Shown piece by piece: positions 1 to 13,110 of a stretch of DNA of 64,000 bases; positions within the stretch are counted from its first letter, which is position 1; each line of letters starts with the position of its first letter. The translations under genes were made by a program, and so were the position numbers. Source of the stretch: Catajapyx aquilonaris (Eukaryota); NCBI GenBank assembly GCA_000934665.2, contig KZ538066.1, positions 62,001 to 126,000 of the forward strand. The letters run 5' to 3'. Under the pieces are notes generated by a model. The model was not told where the DNA came from. It did no database searches and saw nothing but the letters and a program-made list of their open reading frames with translations.

Positions 1-420
1 ACGATTTTAATATTAGAGATAGTTATAATTTTATTAGTCATCCATCAGTTTATTAGTTATCATTTTTGTTTATTAGTTATGTATATTAGTTATCATTTTC
101 TTTATCAGTTTTGTATATTAGTTATCATTTTCTTTATTAGTTTTGTTTATTAGTTATCGTTTTCTTCATTAGTTATGTTTATTAGTTACCATTTTTATTT
201 AATAGTTATGTTTATTAGTTACCATTTTTATTTATTAGTTATGTTTATAGGTTATAATATTGTATTAGTTATTTATTAGAAAGTTATCAAGTTATTAGTT
301 ATTTTATTTGTCAGTTACAATTTTATTAGCTATTTTATTTGTCAGTGATAATTTTATTACTTATTTTATAAGTTATTCTGTTTTCATTAAGTGTTAGGTA
401 TATTTCTTATTTCATTACTG
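1..420. repeat. Degenerate AT-rich tandem repeat (TTATTAGTTA-type)
   Basis: The TTATTAGTTA word recurs every ~20-26 nt; it is the reverse complement of the TAACTAATAA array at 2190-2700. Confidence 0.8.
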
Positions 421-2239
421 TGTTAGCCTGGTACTTATGTAACCCATAGTAGTGGAGGATCTAGGCCTAATAACCCTTTCTATTTTCTTGCTATTTTAGT
501 AGCAGGTTTAGCAGCCCTGCTAGTATAATTAGAAGCTTGAATAGCACTGTCTAGGTTTGGTAGGTTTAGGAGCGCCAACTAGTAAGAGAAAATTTAATAG
601 ATCTTGCTAGGTTTAGTGTAGCTGCTAGTACTGTAGTTATAGTGGACTGTCACTATAGCTTTTGGTAGGTTAAGTGGCAGGTTTAGTAGTGCCTACTAGT
701 AAGCGAATATTCGATGGACCTTGTGGTTTAGTGGAAGGTTTAGTAGCTCCTACTAGTGAGGGGATAACTAGAAGCCATGTAGTAGTGAAGGGTTTAATAG
801 CGCCAACTAGTAGAAGTTTTGACATCACCGTCCAGGTTTAATGGAAGGTTTAGAAGCACCTGCTGTAGTAAGTGAATATTTCATAGCCCTTGCTAACCTT
901 AGCATTTCCTATACTACAGTATAACGGAACGTTTAGTAGCTCATTCTCATAAATATATTCATAATTGAGTAGCAGCTGGAAGACTAGTAGTTCCTTCTAG
1001 ACATTAGCACATCTGATATATGTGGAAGACATCGCAGCCCCTACTGAAAATAATAAGCCTAGAAGGCTAGAACAAGACAATACTTTCATGCCTTAAAATC
1101 CTCCCAATTTTAGTAAAAACTGAAATTAACGACCGGTTTAACCCACCCAGAACAGGTGTTCCAACTGATCCCTGAAAACGTCACTAATAACAATAATTCC
1201 CCCCCCCCCTCCCACCCTCAAAAAAATGAAATCCTTGGAGCATTTTGAATCACATTAAGTCCCCTCCGCTTTTAATTCGTTCGAAACAAAGCCGTGAAAC
1301 GGTCCTTAATTAATTAGACGAGCAAAATATGATTCCTTCCGGGAGAGGTCTCTCTCGGCGCGTGTTCCCGGGGAAATGATTTGTTAGTCGGCCGGAATAG
1401 CTCCGGCTTAAATCAATTCGTCCTTTCCTTCTGCCTTGACTTGTCCTTTTTTTTGTGCCTGGAGAATAAGTGGGATATATTTTGGTCATTCAATTTCATT
1501 AATGCCAGGGAGGATTAATTAAGACAAAGTGCACCATCTTGACAAACAACATTGGCGCCTTTGCCTGGAAGCAGAGGAAGAAGGGGGGGAAAAAAAAGAT
1601 GGAGGGAGGGGTTGCTTGGAAAGAGTTATTTATCAATGCCGGTGAGCTTAGATGGGGTGGAAATTTTTAGCGCATTTTTTTTTGCGAAAAGAAAGGGGGA
1701 GGGGCTTGTCAGTTGAGTTCTTGAAGAATTTTTCATCGGAATCGAGTTTTTCAATTTATTCGTCTTGGAATAGACTTCCAGTCTCTAAGGAAAGGGGGGC
1801 AGGGGGTTGTTAAAGACCACCGCCATTCGTATAGGAACTACATAATAAATAACCAACAAAACAATAAATAATGAATGAAATAATAGTATCCATAGGCTAA
1901 TATAATGCGGAATAGCTATTAAAATAATTAACATTTAACGCTTATTTACAAATAGATAATTAATTGTAGCAATAAATAATTAATAAAATTGTGCCTGATG
2001 AAATTATAACTAATAATTTGTATCTAATATATAACAATTTATTAGTTACATGTTATTGGTTACTTATTAGCTACAAATTACTAGTTTTCTATTAGCTACG
2101 ATTTATGAGTTATCTTGCAGCTACAATTTTATTAGTAACCTGTATGCTATAATTGTTACAGTTGTAGCTAATGAAAACAAAAGTTGCAACTAATAAATAA
2201 CTAATAAAATTGTCACCAATAAAATAAAAAATAAAAAAT

Positions 2240-2570
2240 AATAGTTTAAGGTAACTAATACAATTATACCTTCAGGTAACTAATAAAATTATAGTTTACA
2301 GGTAGCTAATAAAATTATAGTTTACAGGTAACTAATAAAATTATACCTTCAGGTAACTAATAAAATTATACCTTCAGGTAACTAATAAAATTATAGTTTA
2401 CAGGTAACTAATAAAATTATACATTCAGGTTACTAATAAAATTAATTTTTACAGGTAACTAATAAAATTATACCTTCAGGTAACTAATAAAATAATAGTT
2501 TAAAGGTAGCTAATAAAATTATAGCTTCAGGTTACTAATAAAATTATAGCTTTAGGTTACTAATAAAATA
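2240..2570. repeat. 25-26 bp minisatellite
   Basis: About 12 units alternating GGTAACTAATAAAATTATACCTTCA and GGTAACTAATAAAATTATAGTTTACA. Confidence 0.95.
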
Positions 2571-2779
2571 TATTATAACTGATAGATAACGTACTAATAA
2601 ATCGTAGTTAATTAGATAACTATTAATTTGCAGCTGATATAAGTAACCAATAACAGTTAACTAATAAAATTGGCGAATATGACCGTAGCTAATAACGTAA
2701 TAGCTATCCAATGACATGTAATAAATAGTGGTATTGGCGGTGGTATTACATGCAACCTGGACAAATAGAGACACATAAT

Positions 2780-3286
2780 TCAGAGAGTTCTACAGTTTGT
2801 TGTTATCGTGACTTGAGTATATAGAGTGCTAATACTGGTAGTTCCAAACTGGGCATCCAGTGTATTGTTGTATAGGAGCACACGTATCGACTTGAGGAAT
2901 CTCTTCTGGCCAGAGGGGGATTGATTCCAACATCCCCAATTCACACGGGGCACATTCGGCGGCTGATACGGTACAGCACGAATCAATATTGAAGAAGTGG
3001 GGTGTGGAGGTTGTGTGTGGAAGGGAGGGGGGTGTATACGGCACAGTATACGTATATGTATAGAGAGAGAGTGAGCAAACTTGCGGTATTCCGCAACAAG
3101 CTTCCACCCAAGGTATTTGAATCGTATTACCCGGAGCTCTAAGGTTGTAAAGAGGCGGCTTTGCCTTTGAGCCTTGGTCGCTTCTACCCCTCCTATACCC
3201 CCGGATAAAAGGGGACTACCGCATTGAATTAAATGACGTAACGAGTCATGGAGAAGGACGGTTTCGGTTGGCATCCTTGACTCCAT
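2780..3286 (-). CDS. Hypothetical 168-aa orphan ORF, possibly a terminal exon
   Basis: Part of the longest ORF in the window. An acceptor-like TTTATTTTTAG|G lies at 3332-3321 (minus), ATG at 3286, and the stop coincides with the compositional boundary at 2780. No recognisable domain. Confidence 0.25.
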   Translation of the reverse strand: MESRMPTETVLLHDSLRHLIQCGSPLLSGGIGGVEATKAQRQSRLFTTLELRVIRFKYLGWKLVAEYRKFAHSLSIHIRILCRIHPPPFHTQPPHPTSSILIRAVPYQPPNVPRVNWGCWNQSPSGQKRFLKSIRVLLYNNTLDAQFGTTSISTLYTQVTITTNCRTL

Positions 3287-3344
3287 CCTCAAATATGTTG
3301 GTATCACTGGAATCAAATATCCTAAAAATAAAGTATAAATAAAA

Positions 3345-3418
3345 TTGGCTGGAGCCTGTGACGCTGTCTGTCCAAATAAATACATACATACAAATAAATA
3401 AATAAATAAATAAATAAA
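3345..3418 (+). mobile_element. Possible non-LTR retrotransposon 3' tail with (TAAA)n
   Basis: Short imperfect stem TTGG..AGC/GCT..CCAA followed by an AAATAAATACATACATAC(AAAT)n tail, as at CR1/Jockey-like 3' ends. No RT ORF recognisable upstream. Confidence 0.35.
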
Positions 3419-6400
3419 TCTGCCGAATTCAATCACTTAGTCGTGCTGACTATAAATCCAGCTTTGATTAAAATTTCTGACCGGGCCAACCTTCTGACAT
3501 GACATGTAATAATAATTCATATGCAGTGCTCGTCTGCACTGACTGTTTCAGATTAACAAATAGCACAACCGTGTGCAAGCTTGCCAGCTGTGGGCGAATT
3601 AATTCGAATTTGCGCCTCACGCAATTTGTATATAGTTCAAGGGGTGTGGTTTCCCACCGCGTAAATTTTTGCACCTTTATTTTTCACACTTGACAGACTT
3701 CCAGTTGTATCGGCACATCAGGAATAGTGCTGACAACTTGCCAAACCAACGAGCCACACTAGAGTTTTTAGTAAATTAATTTTACGATAAATAATAATTT
3801 ATTTTAAATGATGGCTAAATGTATATTTTTGTATCATTATAATCGCTATAGACATTTCAATAGATAATAATTTATCAATCGTTCTTAAAAAGAGTAACAA
3901 TCTATGATTTTTCCTTGTAAGCCAATGACGATAACAAATTCATTGTATTCATTTTTATTGGTATTATTTAATGCGGTGTAAGTTATAAAAAATTATTAAT
4001 ACTCACGAATTGTATAAATAAATTCAAATTTATGAACTACCCTCGTATAATAGTTTTATTTTACTACACTTAAATATTATTAATGCATGATAAATAAATT
4101 TTATACACATGAACTCATTACGTACACTACATGAGAAATAAATAATTTACACGTAAATAGCAATCAAAAATAAATATTTCTTAACTATTAGAAATAATAA
4201 ACAAATTTGGTAATGGATGAAGTACAGTGGCCTATAATAAATAAAATTATTTTGTTTTGATAAAAATTCCATTAATTTTTAATACAAATTAAACTGATAT
4301 ATTTTAAAGTGTAATTAAATAATTTAGCTTCTCCCTTCCCAAAATCTTGGCCCCCCAAGCTATACCTTCGCTTTGAACTTCACAAAGGGGTTTGGCCCAC
4401 CTTAGTATATATCTCCCCAAATTTCTAAGCAGTTGAATTCCCCCCTCTACCAACAAGAAGATGAGCTGCATCCAATGTGGGGGAGACGTCTCCAGCAGAC
4501 TCTAGCTATAGTTGCACAACAAATTTAACCCTCTTCCCCCCCCCCCTTCTACACCACCCCTTTTCGAAACCAATAGAGAGGTTTAAACCGCGAATTTACC
4601 TTTGTATCGATCCCATACATCTTGTCGCGCCTTCCAAAACCCAATAAATGAGAGAAACTCAGATTTTGCTTACAAAACTGAGGGTTATATTGTTGAGCAG
4701 ATTGCAGGAGTTAAAACCTGAAGTTTGAGATTTTAAAAAAGGAGCAGTTAGGACCAGCTTTTTTTATTGGGGGTAGAACAATAAAGAAGCCGCTTTCACC
4801 CCCCCTCTTATTAGAAACTAAATTAAGGGGGGGAATCGCTTGCCTTACACGTCAGACCGAGGCGTTCAATTGAGACGGGTTCTAAGTCCTGATCTCAAAA
4901 GGATTCCCAAGAAGATTGGTGAAGTCTTGAGAGAGAGAGAAAAAAAGAAAGTGAGCAGTTCACTCAAGTGGTTTTCATCAAACCCAAAGAATATGATAAT
5001 TATTGAAGGAGCCAAAAAGAAGTAATTGGTTCCCCCTTTTTAGGTTGGAGGATATCGGATCCTATGTGAAACAAGGGGTGTCAAATTTTCTATGCAAAAA
5101 AAAAGTTGGAAAAAAAAGAATCGTCAAAATTGGAAAAACCCAAACCCATGAGTTTGAGGAGGGTTTAATTACTCTCATGCTTCCGTGGCGGTTTTGACGC
5201 TGCTGACGCAACGGGGTGTTATTAATACGGTACTGTTTTTGAGGGTGATGAGCGACAGGTGCAGAAAAAAAGTGTTAAAAATGGTCGATAACATGTTTGT
5301 ATTAAACATTTAAAGTGTATATCAATTTTTGAGAAAATGTTGTTAAAATGTTGTCCCTGTATATTATATCAATAGGATGTGCCAATTTCAGATAAATTTG
5401 AGAGTAAATTAAACTGTTAAGTTTATAGCTATTTTTCAGAAAGTTTAGGAAACAAATATTTTCCCTATAGATACATTTTATCAATTTGATATGATAATTT
5501 TCAATTGTGACGTAAATTTAAAATGTGCAAAATTTAAATGACAATTTCGAATTTATTGAAATGCCAATTTTCAGTATATTTCAACTGCAAATTTAAATTA
5601 AATTAAATAGTATTACCCTGTATGTCTGTTACTTTCATATAACTAGTCCAGGTCATAGATATTTTAATATTCAAAAATTTGCGAAAAATATTTGGATAAA
5701 CAATATTTGACCCGGATTCAGAAACGTGATTTAACTTTAACTTTGTTTTTCCTGCTTTTCTTTCATTCATGATTAATATTTAATTAAGAAAATTAATACC
5801 TACACATAACCTACGTTTTTTTTCTCTCTCTATTTTCTATATACGTATAGAATAATGCCATCGGCATAGTGCATGTATAGGGTGTGTTTCGATTTATTCC
5901 AGCCTCAGGTTTACTGGTGAATGTACACCGGAGAAACTACTTGTTCCCCAGTATAATTACATGCACTCCCGTTTATTGACGCTGGGCAAGTGTCGTAAAA
6001 GAGCGTGTCGAGATGGAGTAAACTCTCCCCCTGTGACAATATTACGCAAACGGTTTTCGTGTAGACCTGCACGTAAGCAATGTACCGTACATTTCCGACA
6101 TGCGCAACATTACGATTAAAATGCGATTAAAGTCATAATGATATGTGAAGGATCATGCAATATAAGGCAATGTTTTTGGTTGAAAACAGCTGTCTTCCAG
6201 TCTATGTATATATTTTTCTTCCGGATCATAATAAATCTGTCACTTTTTTAAAGAGTACATCTGTTGTCAAAAGGACTTGTCCAATTATGCATCCACAAAA
6301 AAAATTGTACAATCTACTTCATGCGTGCTCTACACAAACAGCGAGATTTTTGAAAATTAAATTCTTGTTTGTACGTACACTCCTTACCCGACACGATGAA

Positions 6401-7267
6401 TAGAAAGAAGTGGATCAGGAGCAGCAAACAAGACGTTATGACGCTTCTGTCCCCCATACTTTCTAGGAGCAACTAGTCGATGATTATTTCCATGAGCGGA
6501 CGATGATTCCAACAAGCCTCCATTTATTAGTCATCCGCTGGAAAGCTCCAGGTGAATCCATGCTGCGGGAAAAGGAAAATTAGTGTGTGTGTGTGTGAGA
6601 GAGAGATGATATAAAGTTATGCACAATAACACAAACTGTGTGTAATACATTCTGGCACCTGGTTTTCGCACATTCCTGGTTCGGATCCGCGGGCAAAATT
6701 AATGCAGTTGAGTTGCGTTCATCATCAAAGGCATGACAAAACATTAGGACTGATGCGCAATTTCTGTCTGGATTTATGACGGTCCCGAGCCCGCCAGAAA
6801 ACCGGTCGCAATTGCTAATTGCACTCTGCGTAATGTTTGGGCGCCATCTACCGGAAGCTTCTCCCAATTACAGATGCGACGCGTGACAGCACGCTCCGAG
6901 GGAGTGATCAATCCTTGCAAGCACTTTGCTTCTTGTAACAATTGCGGGTGTGTTGCGACGCTCAACGGGTGCTATTTGTCCGCGATTTTTGACACTCCAG
7001 CGATGTCAGACAGAAGGAAAAGTTTTTGACAGCATGTGAAAGCGATACTATCAGGCCGTAAAATGGAGTCTGATAATATCTAACTGTAAAAATGGCATAT
7101 ATGAAAGTAAAGCATCAATAAAATAAATTAGTAGTGATTACGGTATAACTGAAATTATTATTTTAAAAATAGTTTGTCCAGAATGAGTCATCGCCTCAAC
7201 TCAGCGAGGTCCAATATCAACAATTATTTTAAAACAATTTTCATTTACATTTCAAATTATAGCAATG

Positions 7268-7563
7268 TATTTTTATTCCCGCTAGTAAACCAGTTGCCAA
7301 AAAATTGGCGAAACTTATAATCAGTAATTATGATTGTTTGTCCAGGCTGAGATAACACTTCCACTCAGTCCACGTAGTACCACTACTCCTCGCCCGACCC
7401 TGAAAGTGGAAATAGTGTTGCGAGACCAAGGATGTGCCACCTATTCTAGGGGTAGTGGTACTACGTAGATGATATGAGGTGATGACTCACCCCGGATAAA
7501 CAATCATACTGATAAGTTTTTTTCCAACTTTTGGCAACTGGCTAAGTAGTTGAAATAGAAATA
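7268..7563. mobile_element. Foldback/MITE with ~120-bp imperfect inverted arms
   Basis: 7268-7390 matches the reverse complement of 7448-7563 (CCAGTTGCCAAAAA/TTTTGGCAACTGG, TATGATTGTTT/AAACAATCATA, ACGTAGTACCACTAC/GTAGTGGTACTACGT). Confidence 0.85.
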
Positions 7564-7659
7564 ACTTTTGGACATCAATATATTATTGAAAGTCCAATTA
7601 AATATGAAATATATTATTGAAAATCCAATTAAAATTGGGCATTTATTAATGAAATAATT

Positions 7660-7830
7660 CCAATTCCAATTTGACATTTATTTACAAAATACTTAAAATT
7701 AAAATTTGATATTTATTTACGAAATAATTAAAATTAAAATTTGATATTTATTTACGAAATAATTAAAATTAAAATTTGACATTTATTTACTAAATAATTA
7801 AAATTAAAATTTGACATTTATTAATGAAAT
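7660..7830. repeat. 35-bp AT-rich minisatellite
   Basis: AATTAAAATTAAAATTTGAYATTTATTTACGAAAT x4-5. Confidence 0.9.
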
Positions 7831-7931
7831 TCTAATGAAAATTACAGTATTTGAAATTCATTGCCGGTATTGAAATTAAAAGTGAAATCATCAAAAATCA
7901 TTGTGAAAATCTTAACTTATTTAAAATTATT

Positions 7932-8686
7932 TCAGATTGTTACAGTATTTGAGAGTGTCTTTCGCCACGTGCCTTGCAACACTTCACGAGCGAGTAGGTA
8001 CCAATCAACCCGCCTCGTAAGTTGCGAACCCCACTCGTAACTTACGACTGATACCTTCCCCCACTTCTTCCCCTGCCGACAAAACGGTCTGAAATGGTCT
8101 GCTGATGAATGGCAAACGTGTCCGATACGTACCAGGCCTCTTGGAGCGTCCCTAAAAATGGCGGAATCCCCGCCGGGTTTTAAAAAGGAATTCATAAATC
8201 CGACTGGCTCGCTTCCAATCTCTAGGGTAGGTAGGAAGGAAGCGGGTTGGTTTGCTGGTCCTTAATTCCTGGTCAATAAAATAGTAGAGGGCCTGAGCTG
8301 GTTGGGTTGGTAGTGGTGGGTCCGAGTCGGCAGAAGCATTTCCATTGCCATCATGCCCGGTACACAATAGTCTCCGGGGCCTGTATGTAACTGCGGCTGG
8401 AAATCGACTCCGTATTTCGTCCTTTGTAGACTTTATCGCGGGGGACCCGGAATTTCTGCGCCCAGTAAGTCTTGCACAGGCTCTCCCCCAGCCAAACAAC
8501 CATGGACTGCTGTTTGGGTCTTTCAAGTGAAGGAGGCGTTAATTCCACCCCAGCGCCACCTCCATGGGATACGCGGGAAGTAGAAGGATCAAGCTTTAAT
8601 AATTCTCAATCCGCCTTAACCGACTCGGTTTTTGTCAAGTGTTTCGTACGGTCCATAGTGTCCAGTTTTACGTCAGAATGAGACAT
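7932..8686 (-). pseudogene. Possible decayed ORF/exon weakly similar to the 2780-3286 ORF
   Basis: Unique ~50% GC island. Acceptor-like ATATTTTCAG at 8717-8708, ACC-ATG at 8686, in-frame TGA at 8608-8606; ORF pieces in three frames end at the AT-rich boundary at 7932. Confidence 0.25.
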
Positions 8687-8779
8687 GGTCCGAACAGTCT
8701 GTATATACTGAAAATATACTACTGATAATAACCGATATTGAAAACTTCGAGAAATGTTGAAATGTAACAATCGAGGGAT

Positions 8780-9480
8780 TAACTATTGATACATCGATAC
8801 ACCGTTATATATACCATATTTTCGATATATATCGAAAAAACGATATACCAACATATCGAAAAGCGAGAGATCGATGTCAATAAATTGAATATCGAGACAT
8901 CCGTTATTCCAAAATGCCGATTCATAGAATTTTTTATTCGTCGAATGCCGAAATATAATGTTGTAAAATCGATGCGCATCGAAAGAAATTGATACAGTAT
9001 TACGACAAAACGAAAAATCCAGATATCGATGTCAATAAATGGAATATTTATACATTGATATCAATAAATATAATATCGAGACATCGATATATGTAGATTA
9101 ATATAAAATCGAAAAATCGATGCCTCATCTCATCTATAAGCATTCTGGTGAGAAATCTATACTGTATAGAAATAGAAATTGAGTAGCCTACCGAGTAATC
9201 GATGTCAATAAATGGAATCTCGAGATATCGATATGTCGATAAATGATTAACTCGATATGTCGATAAATGATTAACTCGAGATGTCGATAAATGATTAACT
9301 CGAGATATCGATATGTCGATAAATGATTAACTCGAGATGTCGAGATGTCGATATGTCTATAAATGTTAACTCGAGATATCGATAAATGATTAACTCGAGA
9401 TGTCGATATGTCGATAAATTATTAACTCGAGATATCGATATATCAAAATGTCATTTTTATTGAATTTCCGATATATCGAC
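8780..9480. repeat. ATCGAT-rich degenerate block with a 24-bp minisatellite (9200-9445)
   Basis: TCGA(G/T)ATGTCGATAAATGATTAAC units with extra internal 8-mers. Confidence 0.9.
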
Positions 9481-10967
9481 CAGATGTATGTTAGATCGGC
9501 GTATCGGCGTGGCTTGATTTCAATATATTACCGCTCTAACTGCCCCATACGAGTATATCTAAAAAATTTACCAACGGGGACAGCTTCCTTTGTCCTTCTC
9601 CCCTCTTGTTCTCTCCCCTTTTCTCCAGTCTCCCCAGCCCTCTTGTACTGCTCTCCCCTTTTCTGCACCCCACCGTGGCCAGTGCGTCAAGAGGCCCTTT
9701 AATGGCGGCCAGTCTTCCGCCAATTGCGCTTAAATGCTTCCGGCTACGTGCACAAGCAAGAGAAAAGAGCAGTATCTCCAGGCACACTTAGGGGGTAAGG
9801 GGGGAGCTATTCCAGGAGCATTACAGTAATTAATACTTGAGCTCTCAAGTATGTGCGCGGCCTCGCAGTTAAGGAATTTTGGAGAGGCGGTCACTCATGT
9901 CCAGGAGAGCCCCTGCAATTGCTGCGCATTGCAACAAAGGGCTCTGGCCTCTTCCTAGTAGGATTAGGACTCACCATTTTTGCAGCAAGTTTTGCCAAAA
10001 ATCGCAATATTGCTTAAATTTTAAGCATTCATTTTGTAAAAATTTATATCACCACAGTGAAACCACTGACCTTTCCCCGACTGTACGCGTAGTACCAAAT
10101 CTATCACATAGATGGCGCTACTAATGACTCACCGTGGACAGGCGAACATATTGGTATGAAATTTTTCACAATCAATTATTTGATTTAATTAATATCAAAA
10201 CAAGTTAGCCCCTGAATTTACGTAACACACGTGGGAGGTTCTACATGGCACTGAATTTTTCCCCGTTTTCCACGCCAAAATTTGGGCCATATTCTTGTCC
10301 AAAAAAAGGCTCCCCATCGTCTGACAACTTTTCCACAAGTTCTCTCTCTGATAATCGCATTGATTTGGACTATGATTTGATTCCGGGGCTGGGGAGGTTC
10401 AACATCCCGAACAAAATAGATTAGAATGAAGGAAATAGAGAAGCTTCAGGGTGTGGGATAGGAAGAGGAGAAGAAGAAGGAGACGCGCGTTTTGGAAGGA
10501 GAGAGAGGAGGGGGGGGGGGCGTCAATATTCTCTCGAGACTCTAATAGCCTATAACGCCTCCCAAGTTTCTCCGCAGATACCACTCGCGGGTAATTATCA
10601 TAAGCAGTGTTCGAGCCCAAATCACAAGTAATAACCAAGTACCTATACCTTATACCCGAGGTCTTGCCTTTATTCCTCTGGAAATCCTCCTTCCCCCTGC
10701 AGGAATGTTGGGAGGAATTATGGAGGCCCTGCTTTTGCCTTTGCCTGCAGGAAACTAGGTCGGATTTTCGGATCTAATCTACAGGGTACACCACTTTTTA
10801 AGGGTATTCAGAGAGTGTTCGACATAACAAGTAATTACACAATCTAAGTAAATGATACGTAAAAATGCTGCCTGAAAATTGCAATGATTTGATAAGTGAC
10901 CATGACATTTGCAAATATAACAATCATTTCTGTCGATGATTTCCGGTCTTAATTTATATAATTTGGT

Positions 10968-11652
10968 TAACCTAAGATAACCTAGCTTAACCTCGCCTAT
11001 CCTAACATAACCTCACCTGACCCAACCTAACCTAACCTAACCTAACATGACAATTAGAAAAATTCCAAGGAATTTGGAATAGCTTAAATGCATTTTAATA
11101 CAGAAATTAGGCCTTGGGGGTCAGTTGCCCCCCACCTCACTAAGGCTTAAAATAGTTTTATGAATCCAATTGTGATCATATCTCCGGAATTTAAAAAAAT
11201 TGTCATATTTCAGGACATGTAAATTTCTCCAGTGACGTCCATAAAACCCAGAACCGGGTTTTGGATGAGGATCAATGACTGAAGTTCTATGTAGTACACT
11301 ATATAATAATATGGACAGGATAGCCTAACATGACCTAACCTGACCCAACCTGATATAACCTGACAATTTAAAAACTCCCAAGGAAATTTGAATGTTTTAA
11401 ATACCCTTTAAATGCAAAAGAGGCCTTGGGGGTCAGTTGCCCCCCCACCTCACTAAGTAAGGGTTAAACTCATTTTATGAATCAAATATGTGGATTTAAT
11501 TAATTTTGTCCCACTTCGGAACATGCAAATTTTCCCCCAAAAATCAGGGCTATATCCTGTCGACTCATTGACGTCCATAAAACCCAGAACCGGGTTTTGG
11601 ATATGAGGATCAATGACTGCAGTTCTAAATAATAATAAGGGTAGGATAGCCT
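10968..11652. repeat. Two diverged ~326-bp tandem units, each headed by degenerate (CCTAA)n
   Basis: Shared AGGCCTTGGGGGTCAGTTGCCCCCCACCTCACTAAG and TGACGTCCATAAAACCCAGAACCGGGTTTTGGAT; AGGATAGCCT at 11317 and 11643. Confidence 0.9.
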
Positions 11653-12589
11653 TTCGCACCCGTAAACCACGTTAAATGGGGTGGAGAGGGGCCAGTTCAT
11701 TACCAAACTAATTAACGCCTTGATGCTACTATTAGATTTAGTGCTGTGCTATCGGTGTAAAACCCTCCCTTCCAACTACAAACTCTCTATATACACTGGG
11801 TTGGGGGGGGGGGGGTCGGACCGTCATTCGATTAATTTTTGGGGCCGACCAAACACTGCAGTCTTACCCCCCTTTACACAAACCACATCACTGCCATTTT
11901 ATTGTAATTTTGGGGGGCCCACCCAAAATGGCTTATCCGGCAGAATTTTGAACAAATCGAATGCTACTCGGCAGTACAAATATTTACTTACGTTTTCCAT
12001 GCGGTTCGGGCCTTCCATAGTTATTGACAGACCTCAAGAGCATGTATTTTCCAGCCGGATAACAAACAACAATTTTTTGGGGGGGAATTTTTGAATATTT
12101 AAAAGTTGGCAGAATTTTTGCGAAAATGCGATTTTTATACATTCTTGGCACTTGGAGGGACATAAAAAAATATGGAGGTTAAGACGGGCGTCACTCACAC
12201 TTGGGAGATCGGATCATCTCGCGTGATTCCTTCCGGGCTCGAGAAAAATGGGGTGAAAAAGAGGGGGTTTTGAAAGGACGTTTCCTTCTTACTGTGAGGG
12301 GATGTCGTTCAGACGGGAACGGAGGAGACACGGGTCGGATGCGGTCGGATCGGCTGTCAGAACTGGCAGGGATTCACACGGGTTTGGGACAGGAAACTTC
12401 ATGGTCCAAGATAGTATAGTGAGGGGATGAGTTGGAAGGATCTATGTGCGTATGGTGTCACATATTCGCCACATTGCACTGTTAGAAAATTCAGGAAAAT
12501 GTCACATTCCAAAAATTTTGGTAATTTCAGTTCAGGAATTCAAGATAAGTTAAATGCAAAAATACATAGACAAAAATTAAATCTGTAAG

Positions 12590-13110
12590 GGATCTTTTCG
12601 TGTCAATAAATGAATCCTTGTAGTCCTCATTTCTTCTCAAAGAATTTATTAATCCTCGAAGAAGGTCTAATTTTGTCTCAAACAAGTGGCTTTTTGAAGT
12701 GATCATCAATTTTCGTCTCAAAAATGAATCCTGGTAGTGATCATTTCTTAAAGAATGAATCCATGAATTAATAATTTCTTCTCGAAAAAGGATTCATTTC
12801 TTCTCAAAAAGGATTCATTTCTTCTCAAAAATGAATAATTTCTTCTCAAAAAATGAATGATTTCTTCTCAAAAAATGAATCATTTCTTCTCAAAAAATGA
12901 ATCATTTCTTCTCAAAGAATAAATCATTGAAGGGATCATTTCTTCTTAAAAAATGAATATTTGAATGGAACATTATTTTCTTCTCAAAAAATGAATCCTT
13001 GAAGGAATCCTTTCGTCTCAAAAAGTGGCTTTCTGAAGTGATCATTAATTTTCGTCTCAAAAATGAATCCTTGAAGTGATCATTTCTTCTCAAAGAATGA
13101 ATCATTGTAG
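12590..13110. repeat. 21-22 bp minisatellite with flanking higher-order duplication
   Basis: ATCATTTCTTCTCAAAAAATGA units; AAGTGGCTTT..GAAGTGATCAT..TTTTCGTCTCAAAAATGAATCC is repeated at ~12684 and ~13023. Confidence 0.9.

Noticed and set aside
977..988. TGGAAGACTAGT matches the miR-7 5' end; similar partial matches to miR-92 (31857) and miR-153 (16748)
   Set aside because: Matches stop after 8-12 nt and there is no convincing precursor hairpin.
3100..3130. FKYLG, a reverse-transcriptase-like motif in the 218-aa ORF
   Set aside because: No YADD or other RT motifs at the expected spacing.
8102..8132. CTGATGA hammerhead-like core
   Set aside because: Followed by GATA rather than GAAA, and stems I-III cannot be formed.
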